Below are positions 29,865-37,199 of a stretch of 37,199 nucleotides of DNA, one piece after another; within the stretch, counting starts at the first letter, position 1; each line of letters opens with the position of its first letter. Under the pieces are notes generated by a model, which had not been told where the DNA came from, searched no databases, and saw only the letters and a list, made by a program, of their open reading frames with translations. This DNA comes from an uncultured bacterium (GTDB lineage: Bacteria > SAR324 > NAC60-12). The position numbers were made by a program, and so were the translations under genes. The stretch spans positions 1-37,199 of the forward strand of contig CBFIJD010000006.1 in NCBI GenBank assembly GCA_965662845.1, in the 5' to 3' direction.

Positions 29865-30899
29865 ATGCTCATTGATCTACGCAGCGACACGCTCACTCAG
29901 CCCACACCCGCCCTGCGGGAAGCGATGCTTCAAGCGCCTGTTGGCGATGACGTCTATGGAGAAGACCCCTCCATGAACGAGCTGGAAGCGCGGGTCGCCG
30001 AAGTGATGGGCAAAGAGGACGCCGTGTTTATGCCATCGGGAACGATGACCAATCAGGTCGCGCTGCGCACCCACACGGAGCCTGGCGACGAGATCCTGTT
30101 AGAAGCGCAAGCGCACATCTACTATTACGAAGCCGGCGGCCCCGCAGCGCTCTCTGGCGTGATGTGCCGCTTGATTCATGGCGAGGGCGGCCTCTTCGGC
30201 GCAGAGGAGCTGCGGCACGCGCTGCGCAAACCCGATCAGCACTTTCCACAAACCAAGCTCGTCTGTGTAGAGAACACCCACAATCGTGGCGGTGGCCGGA
30301 TCATCCCGCTCGAGACAATCCAAGCCATCGCCGAGGTTTGCCGTGAACAAGAGTTGAGGTTGCACTTGGATGGCGCTCGCCTCTGGAACGCTTGCATCGC
30401 TACAGGCATTCCGGCGGAGGACTATGTGCGCGACTTCGACAGCGTGAGCGTCTGTTTCTCGAAGGGATTGGGCGCGCCGGTGGGTTCGGCGCTGGCGGGT
30501 TCTCGAGCGTTTGTGAAGCGGGCGCGGCGCTTTCGCAAGATGTTCGGCGGAGGCATGCGACAGGCCGGACTTCTGGCCGCAGGCGCCCTCTTTGCGATGG
30601 AGCAGCAGTGGGAGCGCCTGCAAGAAGACCACGACAACGCGCAGACGCTCGCCCAAGGGCTCGCCCGCGTCGAGGGCCTAGAGATCAACCCCGCGGACGT
30701 GCAGACGAACATCGTGCTCTTTCAGACCCCCACGTTGCCCGCGCCCGAGTTAGTGCGCCGCTTGCAGCAAAAAGGCGTCGGGATGCTGGTCTTTGGCGAA
30801 CACTCGGTCCGCGCCGTCACCAGCCTTCAGGTCACGGCCGCACAAGTCGCGCAAGTCCCCAAGCTGGTCGAGGAGGCGCTGCGCGATCATGAAGAGTAA
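29865..30899 (+). CDS. ltaE: Low-specificity L-threonine aldolase
   Basis: IDLRSDT, GDDVYGEDP, SGTMTN, ENTHN, HLDGAR, PLP lysine CFSKGLGAPVGS and GGGMRQAG. Confidence 0.95.
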   Translation: MLIDLRSDTLTQPTPALREAMLQAPVGDDVYGEDPSMNELEARVAEVMGKEDAVFMPSGTMTNQVALRTHTEPGDEILLEAQAHIYYYEAGGPAALSGVMCRLIHGEGGLFGAEELRHALRKPDQHFPQTKLVCVENTHNRGGGRIIPLETIQAIAEVCREQELRLHLDGARLWNACIATGIPAEDYVRDFDSVSVCFSKGLGAPVGSALAGSRAFVKRARRFRKMFGGGMRQAGLLAAGALFAMEQQWERLQEDHDNAQTLAQGLARVEGLEINPADVQTNIVLFQTPTLPAPELVRRLQQKGVGMLVFGEHSVRAVTSLQVTAAQVAQVPKLVEEALRDHEE

Positions 30900-30901
30900 A
30901 G

Positions 30902-31088
30902 GTACGGGCGCACGGCCGTGCGCCCGTACTGGCAGGGGGGTGGGGGGCTGCCAAACCGTTGTGGCAAAACGCACGGCCGTGCGCCCGTACTGGCAGGAAG
31001 GGAAAACTGGCAGCGGCCTCGCCCACAAGTGCGCAGGCGAGGAGACACACGCAACCGCGAGTAGGGACGAAACATCTTTCGCCCCTAC
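30902..31088. repeat. Cluster of REP-like palindromes between convergent genes
   Basis: Perfect 28-bp palindrome GTACGGGCGCACGGCCGTGCGCCCGTAC (30902-30929). A 28-bp direct repeat, 30909-30936 = 30970-30997. A second hairpin type GTAGGGACGAAA-CATC-TTTCGCCCCTAC (31061-31088). Confidence 0.85.
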
Positions 31089-34000
31089 AATTTCGGTAAA
31101 CAAAACTCAGGACAGGGCAAGCGCTCGACCATGTCTTGCTCAGAGGCGACGACATTCTCAGCCGGAACCCGGCTCGTCATCCCCTCGGCGACCATCTGCA
31201 TCACAAGCTGCCGCTGCGACTCTGGCGCGAGCATCTGTTGCGCCTGCTCCACAAAAGTCGCGTGCTCTAGCTCCGCTAGGGCTCTCAGCTTCTCGCTCTG
31301 GAACTCAAAGTTGCCCTCTTCTTCAAACATCACATTGAACAACCGCGACGACGCCCCTCTGACGTCATCAGGACGCTCCAGAGAGCCGCGCAACACCGAC
31401 TGTCGAATCGTCGCGAACTCCTCCTCGCTCAAGCGGCTCAGCCCTGTGTAAAGCTGCGGCAAGAACTCCTGCACCCGCCCGGCTAGGTCATCTGGCGCAA
31501 ACGTCCCCGACTGAATCAAGAAGTACAAACTCAACGTCTCCTCGCTCCTAGTCGACCCGGAGTTGACGATGTAGCCCGTCTGCTGGCGCGTGCGCAGCTC
31601 GGTGTAGAACTGCGGTGAAACCCACTGGGAGAGCACCTGCAGCGTCGCCCAGTTTGTGGGGGTGTCTTCCCCAATTTGCAGCTCCATCACGAGCGCGGAG
31701 TTGTTGACGTTCACGTCACGCTGAAACGTGTATGTCGTCCCCGCAGGGATTTGGCGGATTTGGTTGTGCGCCAGCTGATCTTGGGGCAGGGCTTGGTCGC
31801 TGAGCTGCGCCACGACGTCGCGCATCACAGGGCGCACTTGGTCCGCGCTCAAGTTTCCATACACCACTCCTTCCACATACGCGGTCTGGTAGAGACGCTT
31901 CGCGTGCTGGCGCACGTCATTGAGGGTCACATCGGGGATGATCTGCTCATATTCCATGATGGAGTGCCGGAAGCTCTCCAGCAGCAGGCTGCGGTGGTAG
32001 AACGCCTGCTGATACGGCGCTTGCAGGTAAAAGTTGCGATAGCTGCGCAGCTGCGCGTCTTTGAGCGCGGCGAAGGTCTCTTCGTTCACTTGGACTTCGC
32101 GGAGCTGACGCGTGACCCGCGCCACCAGCTCGAGGATGCGATCGGAGTAGCCGCTGAACGTGATCTGTACGCCTTCTTTGGTGTTGCGCAGACCAAAGTC
32201 GAGCCCTGCGAGGCTCACCGGATACTTGAACTCGTTCAGCCCTTCCTCAATCGCTTCAGTGTAGAGATTGGTCAGGACCGCGTGGCGTGGCGTGGCGTAG
32301 GCTTCGGGCGTGTGAATGCGCAAAGAGACCCGCGCCTTGGGTTGCTCAAAGCGAAAATCTGGCTGGAACCAAACCTGCCCACGCGGTGAATCCACGACGG
32401 CGGTCGGCTCTTCGACCGCATGTTTGGTGATGATCTGTCGCACAGAGTTCTCGTTCTCGCGTGGGAGATCGAGGTTCGCGGAAAGCTCTCGCCACGAGGC
32501 CCAACGGCGGTTGAGCTGGCGCGCTAAGCGGTCAGCGATGTATGGCGGCAGGTTCTCTTCCCGCAGCCCCGCGATGGACTCGTAGTTGAAGCGAAACGGT
32601 ACCGGCGCGTCACGCACGCTGATGTCTTGTGGGATGAAGTCATTGGGTTGAGGCAGCGCCAACCGAGGATGCCGCTTGACCGACTTCCACTGGCGCATCC
32701 AGCTCTGCTTGCCGGTTTCATACGAATATTCGGTGCCGTAAAAGCGCTCCGTCTGGTTCACTTTAGCGTCTTTATGCACCAAGGTCGCGAGCATGTTCTC
32801 AGGCGTGAGGCGGTAGAGCATGCTGTCAAACAAGTCTGGGCGGAACTCGGTCAGCAGAAACGGCGCGGTCTCTACCTCTCGCAGCGGCACAAAGCGCATC
32901 AACGCGGCGAGCCCCGTTACGGCCCCAGAGCCTTGTTGACGTTCGGCAAACTCAAAGTCGATCTCGTTCATGCGCTTGACCTCGTCATAAACGTAGCGCG
33001 GCAAGCCTTCTTCCCGCAGCAAACGGACATACTGGAACACATATGTGATGACGTCGCGATACCTGCGGATCCCGTCGGGCGTGAGCTGCATCGTGATCGC
33101 AAACGCCGAGTAAGAGTTGTTGGAGAGCCCCGTGCCGGCAGAGAGCGACGTCACTAGGTTTTGCTCTTTGAGCAGAGAGAGCAGGCTGCCTTTGCCTTCG
33201 TGTCCGACCAAAAATGCCAACAGGTTTAGCGGCTGGCTACGGTAGTAGTGTTGGGTGGGCGGCAGCGGGAAGCTCAACGAGAGCGTGCGGCTTTCACGCA
33301 TGGGGCGAATCTGTAGCAGGCGGAATTCGTCGCTGGGTTCTAAGTATCTTTCTGGGAAGGTGATCTGTGGGAGGTCGCGGTTGGGCGTGCCGTAAAAGCG
33401 CGGTACGACGAGCTGTTGCAGCTCGTTCAGGGACTGGCTCCCAATGACCGCAAGCGTCATGCGGTTGGCGGAGTAGTAGCGATTGTAAAAGTCCATCACG
33501 TCGGCGCGCGTGGTCAAGCCCAGCGTCTCGGAGTTGCCCGTGCTGAACTTCTGTAGCGGGTGCTCGGCATCATAGGCGACTTTGCGCGTCTCGTTGATGC
33601 GGCGGAAGTCATTGGGGATGTTCTTGGAATGCTCTGAGTCCACGATGTTGCGCTCGCGCTCCAAGTACTCTGCGTTGAACAGCGGCGCGGTGAAGAACTG
33701 CGCGAAGCGATCTAGGGCGCCTTCCAGATGGGGCGGGTCAATCTCAAAAAAGTAGTTGGTGTGGTCGTCGGCGGTGTAGGCGTTGGCGAAGCCGCCTCGG
33801 TTCGAGACGAACTGTTGGTATTCGCCGGCTTCGGGATACTTCTCGGTTCCTAAAAACAGCATGTGCTCCAGATAATGCGCGAGCCCTTGGTGATTCGGTG
33901 GATCACTCAACGCGCCGACATCTACAGCGAGCGAGGCTGCCGCCTTTTGCGTCGTTGGATCAGAGATCAGCATCACCTTCATGCCATTGGGGAGCAAAAA

Positions 34001-34123
34001 GCGTCGGTAGGAGCGCTGCTCAAAGCGTTCATCGAGAGAATCCAGCGAGTTGGCGTTGAGGCTCCCGGCCAGCAGCAAACTGGCGAGCACGAACCACACA
34101 ATGCGGAGACGACGACACAACAT
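31085..34123 (-). CDS. ptrA: Exported M16A zinc metallopeptidase (pitrilysin/insulinase family)
   Basis: Inverted zinc motif GLAHYLEHMLFLGTEKYP, NAYT, GHEGKGSLLS and FYTELRT.QQ.GY. ATG 34123 with AAGGA RBS and a signal peptide. Confidence 0.88.
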   Translation of the reverse strand: MLCRRLRIVWFVLASLLLAGSLNANSLDSLDERFEQRSYRRFLLPNGMKVMLISDPTTQKAAASLAVDVGALSDPPNHQGLAHYLEHMLFLGTEKYPEAGEYQQFVSNRGGFANAYTADDHTNYFFEIDPPHLEGALDRFAQFFTAPLFNAEYLERERNIVDSEHSKNIPNDFRRINETRKVAYDAEHPLQKFSTGNSETLGLTTRADVMDFYNRYYSANRMTLAVIGSQSLNELQQLVVPRFYGTPNRDLPQITFPERYLEPSDEFRLLQIRPMRESRTLSLSFPLPPTQHYYRSQPLNLLAFLVGHEGKGSLLSLLKEQNLVTSLSAGTGLSNNSYSAFAITMQLTPDGIRRYRDVITYVFQYVRLLREEGLPRYVYDEVKRMNEIDFEFAERQQGSGAVTGLAALMRFVPLREVETAPFLLTEFRPDLFDSMLYRLTPENMLATLVHKDAKVNQTERFYGTEYSYETGKQSWMRQWKSVKRHPRLALPQPNDFIPQDISVRDAPVPFRFNYESIAGLREENLPPYIADRLARQLNRRWASWRELSANLDLPRENENSVRQIITKHAVEEPTAVVDSPRGQVWFQPDFRFEQPKARVSLRIHTPEAYATPRHAVLTNLYTEAIEEGLNEFKYPVSLAGLDFGLRNTKEGVQITFSGYSDRILELVARVTRQLREVQVNEETFAALKDAQLRSYRNFYLQAPYQQAFYHRSLLLESFRHSIMEYEQIIPDVTLNDVRQHAKRLYQTAYVEGVVYGNLSADQVRPVMRDVVAQLSDQALPQDQLAHNQIRQIPAGTTYTFQRDVNVNNSALVMELQIGEDTPTNWATLQVLSQWVSPQFYTELRTRQQTGYIVNSGSTRSEETLSLYFLIQSGTFAPDDLAGRVQEFLPQLYTGLSRLSEEEFATIRQSVLRGSLERPDDVRGASSRLFNVMFEEEGNFEFQSEKLRALAELEHATFVEQAQQMLAPESQRQLVMQMVAEGMTSRVPAENVVASEQDMVERLPCPEFCLPKL

Positions 34124-34300
34124 AAGAATTCCTTGGAAAAAACGAGGGTTGCAGGAAAAATCAAAGGAAATCAGTCTGCAAAGTTCAGCCAGAAGATGCA
34201 ACGACAAAGGCAGTTTGTGCTTGGTGACACGCCTCCTTGCGCAGAGGAACTTGAGAGAGAGAGAGCGCGCTCCAAAAACGAGGAGCCGTCGCTTTTCAGA

Positions 34301-34328
34301 TTGACTCTCAACCGCACACATCTAACCT
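34301..34328 (+). promoter_or_regulatory. Candidate sigma70 promoter for cyaY
   Basis: TTGACT-N16-TAACCT, 30 nt upstream of the ATG, followed by a GAGGAG RBS. Confidence 0.35.
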
Positions 34329-34358
34329 CTTTTTCTTTTTCTCACTGAGGAGACTTTC

Positions 34359-34679
34359 ATGGAGACCAAAGAGTATCTGCGTCGTGCCAACGAAATTTTC
34401 ACACGGATTGAGAGCAAACTCGACGAATACGAGGACGATTTAGACTTTGACCGCACACCTGACAAGCTGGTCATCAGCTTTGAGGCCCACCCTAAGAAAA
34501 TTGTGGTCAACACCCAACAAGCGATCCACGAGATCTGGTTAGCTGGAAACGCGCGTGGCTGGCACTTCAAATTTCGCCCGGCAGAAGAGATTTGGTTTGC
34601 GGAAGCCGAACAGGAAGAGTTTTATGATTGCTTCGCCCGTCTGTTGGGCGATCATCTTCAACAAACTGTGACGTTCTGA
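34359..34679 (+). CDS. cyaY: Frataxin-family iron donor CyaY
   Basis: Acidic N-terminal helix and the KIVVNTQQAIHEIWLA...GWHF signature; 106 aa. Confidence 0.92.
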   Translation: METKEYLRRANEIFTRIESKLDEYEDDLDFDRTPDKLVISFEAHPKKIVVNTQQAIHEIWLAGNARGWHFKFRPAEEIWFAEAEQEEFYDCFARLLGDHLQQTVTF

Positions 34680-34686
34680 GGAGAAA

Positions 34687-35400
34687 ATGAACACTTCACG
34701 CCCCCCCATGTCGAACGCTCAAAAACAAGAGTTCAGCTGCCTGTTGCTCCTACACTTGCTGGCGAACGAGAAAGAAAAGATTCACTTCTCAATGGTTGAC
34801 CAAGTCAATCAGCCGCTAGAGCCCTTCTTCAAACACATGGAGAGTCAGTTTGACTGGCTGCGCCTTGACGAAGAGCAAAACTTCATCTTGAGCACCAAAG
34901 GACAAGAAGCCTACGAAAAGCTGGTGCAGCAGCACGTGTCTTATCAAGCACACTTTGAGATTTATGCATACGTCGATTTGGGCGAGGGCGTCTTCGCCGA
35001 TCCAGATACCGATCTGTTGGATGACGAACGCTGGGAAGACCTGCGCGTTGCGGTCGCTGAGCACAAGAAGATGGATCCGTATCGCATCGTGTTTCTGGCA
35101 ATGCTCGCCGATGACGCCTTCTTCCAGAACCCTGACTGGAAGTTCGACATGGGCACGGAGACGCTCTTCGATGAGATGGAATCCCTCACCCGCGAGCAGC
35201 TCGGCACAGAGGATTTGGCGTATGAAGACGAGGACGGAAACTTAGTGAGTGGCGAGGATGTGCTGGAGGACGTGATTGAACAAGGCTCTCGCATTGCCCG
35301 CGAGCGCTTCGAGCGCAAAGCCGTACGAGATGACTATCCAGAAGAGGAGATCATCACCACGACGGTCTATCACGATGGCGGCGGCTGGGGCTGGCGCTGA
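34687..35400 (+). CDS. Acidic hypothetical protein
   Basis: 237-aa ORF 7 nt after cyaY with a GAGGAG RBS. No family recognised. Confidence 0.8.
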   Translation: MNTSRPPMSNAQKQEFSCLLLLHLLANEKEKIHFSMVDQVNQPLEPFFKHMESQFDWLRLDEEQNFILSTKGQEAYEKLVQQHVSYQAHFEIYAYVDLGEGVFADPDTDLLDDERWEDLRVAVAEHKKMDPYRIVFLAMLADDAFFQNPDWKFDMGTETLFDEMESLTREQLGTEDLAYEDEDGNLVSGEDVLEDVIEQGSRIARERFERKAVRDDYPEEEIITTTVYHDGGGWGWR

Positions 35401-35415
35401 TGCGGGAAGCGCGCT

Positions 35416-35877
35416 TCAATTGCACAGCGCGTTGGTTGAGGCGACTTCTTCCAGCTCAAGCAGCTTCTCTTCAAAATCAAGGAGCGCCTCTTCAATCTGA
35501 TCCGAATATTGACGCAAGCTTTGCAGTTGCCCTAACAGCAGCGACATGGCTTCTTCTTGCAGTTCGACGGTCTTCGGGCGGAGGCGCCCCTCACTCATCA
35601 AATCATCACATTCACGCGTGATTTGCCCGAGTTCTTCCTTGATTTGCAGCAGGCGAAAGATGCTGGTGTCGTCTCTGATCTCAGGGGCAGGTCGCGCAAC
35701 CGGCGGCTCTGCATCGGTTCCCAGAAGACGCTCTTGCGTCTGCATGTAGTTCGAGATGCGATCCAACAAGGACTCGTATTCTTGAACCAAGCCTTCGCAC
35801 TTGCGCTTGTAAGCTAAAATATCGTCGGACAATTCCGAGGCGCGGTGTCCTTGCAACTTGCGGAGTAACTTCAACAT
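35416..35877 (-). CDS. Hypothetical coiled-coil protein
   Basis: 153-aa Leu/Glu-rich helical ORF filling the space between neighbours, with a near-consensus promoter upstream. Confidence 0.7.
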   Translation of the reverse strand: MLKLLRKLQGHRASELSDDILAYKRKCEGLVQEYESLLDRISNYMQTQERLLGTDAEPPVARPAPEIRDDTSIFRLLQIKEELGQITRECDDLMSEGRLRPKTVELQEEAMSLLLGQLQSLRQYSDQIEEALLDFEEKLLELEEVASTNALCN

Positions 35878-35944
35878 GGCGTACGTTCGCTAGAAACTCC
35901 CTGGCTTTAGTACCAGAGATCAAAGCAGGGGTGTGAGGTTGTTA

Positions 35945-35973
35945 ACGGTAGTGAGGCTCTCCTTCATTGTCAA
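35945..35973 (-). promoter_or_regulatory. Sigma70-type promoter
   Basis: Minus strand TTGACA (35973-35968), 17-nt spacer, TACCGT (35950-35945), upstream of the 35877 start. Confidence 0.6.
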
Positions 35974-36037
35974 CTGCCGAAGCGCCCCCTGAACGCTTGG
36001 CGGCTCGCCTTTTTCACTTTTCTCAGGAGGCAAATCC

Positions 36038-36916
36038 ATGGCTCTTTCCATGACAGGTTACGGCACCGCTCACATCGAGCAAGAAGGGTGGTTGTGTCAA
36101 ATTGAAATTCGCTCGGTCAACCAACGCTTTTTAGATGTGCGGACGCGCTTGCCCCAAGCCATGCTCTCGCTAGAGAACGCGGTGAAAGACAAAGTGAAAA
36201 AGGTGTGCCATCGCGGCAAAGTCGACTGCTCTGTTCGGTTGGAATCCTCTGTCCAAGAGAACTCGGCCCTCCCCAAGTTGCACGACGACAACGTCCGGCA
36301 TTACGCCAAGCTCATCGCCCATTTTGAAGAGCTCACGGGGCGCGAAGTCCAAATGCCGCTGCGAGACATTCTCAGCACACGCGACTTTTTCTCTGACACA
36401 CACGACCAAGAGATCCCCGCAGAATTAGGCCAGACGCTGCTCTGGCAAACCCTCGAACAAGCGCTGATTCCCTTGCAAGCCATGAAGGAACAAGAAGGCG
36501 CGGCGCTGCTGGCAGACATTGAGGCGCGCCTGCAACGCTGTGAAGAGCTGCTGCACAACATCGAAACCGTTGCGGTTCAGCTGCCCCAGCAATATCAACT
36601 GCGCCTGCAAGAGCATCTGCGCCAACTGCAAACGCACTTAGATGCCGAACGCCTGCATCAAGAGGTCGCTTTGATGGCCGAGCGGGTCGACATCAGCGAA
36701 GAGATCGTCCGATTTCGCACGCACTTGCAGCACATGCGAGAGACCATTTTGAAGCAACGTGAAATTGGAAAACGCGGGGAATTTCTTTTGCAGGAACTCA
36801 ATCGGGAGGTCAACACCATGGCGTCAAAAAGTAATGACACCGTCGTGAGTCACACCGCCGTAGACATCAAAGCGGAGCTGGAGAAGATCCGCGAACAGAT
36901 TCAAAACATTGAATGA
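36038..36916 (+). CDS. yicC: YicC/YloC-family endoribonuclease
   Basis: SMTGYG, EIRSVNQRFLD, RGKVD, DISEEIVR, FLLQELNREVNT..SK and LEKIREQIQNIE. Confidence 0.95.
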   Translation: MALSMTGYGTAHIEQEGWLCQIEIRSVNQRFLDVRTRLPQAMLSLENAVKDKVKKVCHRGKVDCSVRLESSVQENSALPKLHDDNVRHYAKLIAHFEELTGREVQMPLRDILSTRDFFSDTHDQEIPAELGQTLLWQTLEQALIPLQAMKEQEGAALLADIEARLQRCEELLHNIETVAVQLPQQYQLRLQEHLRQLQTHLDAERLHQEVALMAERVDISEEIVRFRTHLQHMRETILKQREIGKRGEFLLQELNREVNTMASKSNDTVVSHTAVDIKAELEKIREQIQNIE

Positions 36917-36938
36917 ACCCGCTTCGTGAGGAGTTATC

Positions 36939-37199
36939 ATGAAAATTACCCTCGCCGGACCCCCAGGAGCCGGAAAGTCGACCATTCGCCGAATGCTCGC
37001 TGAAAAATACCAGCTAGAGATTCGCTCTACCGGTGACTTCATGCGACAGATGGCCCAGAATTATGGCTATAACGACATCACGCGCTTTCTGACCGAATAT
37101 GTCACCCACCACCCAGAGGTCGATCGCGACATCGACGAAGCGCAGCGTCTCTATGGGCAAGAACACGACGACTTCGTGCTGGATGCCCACCTCGGCTTT
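36939..37199 (+). CDS. cmk: Cytidylate kinase, archaeal/type-2-like (partial, runs off the window; absent from the ORF track)
   Basis: Manual translation: MKITLAGPPGAGKSTIRRMLAEKY...STGDFMRQMA...PEVDRDID..Q......DDFVLDAHLGF. P-loop present; GAGGAG RBS. Confidence 0.75.
   Translation, partial: MKITLAGPPGAGKSTIRRMLAEKYQLEIRSTGDFMRQMAQNYGYNDITRFLTEYVTHHPEVDRDIDEAQRLYGQEHDDFVLDAHLGF

Noticed and set aside
30902..30997. 28-bp repeats 61 bp apart resembling a mini CRISPR array
   Set aside because: Only two copies, no cas genes or leader, and a dispersed copy at 12625; this fits REP elements better.
34253..34265. (GA)6G microsatellite in the divergent peptidase/cyaY intergenic region as a phase-variation switch
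   Set aside because: Short, outside the candidate -35/-10 spacer, and there is no evidence of length variation.

Overview
GC-rich bacterial chromosomal window; SAR324/deltaproteobacteria-like is only an impression and was not tested. The main feature is a ~16 kb minus-strand carbon-monoxide-dehydrogenase cluster (2615-18531). In transcription order it reads: form I coxM-coxS-coxL (active-site loop AYRCSFR), coxD, coxE, coxG, mocA, coxF/xdhC, an embedded and translationally coupled sufS-sufU pair, a second coxD-coxE, then a form II coxS-coxL-coxM (AYRGAGR). Its upstream region carries a duplicated 18-bp motif and a probable 36-aa membrane protein gene. At the left end is a divergent signalling pair with both genes disrupted: a 7TM-DISM-type sensor with an in-frame TAG, and a frameshifted receiver + XRE-HTH + S24 (CI/LexA-like) fusion whose self-cleavage residues are substituted. 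The right half is mostly housekeeping: gpsA, acnA, large NAD-glutamate dehydrogenase, a TerB-like protein, a truncated rimK-like gene, ltaE, REP palindromes, an M16 peptidase with a ~60-aa insert, cyaY, two hypotheticals, yicC and a partial archaeal-type cytidylate kinase. I saw no rRNA, tRNA, CRISPR array or transposase. All family assignments come from motif recognition by eye; no database searches were run.
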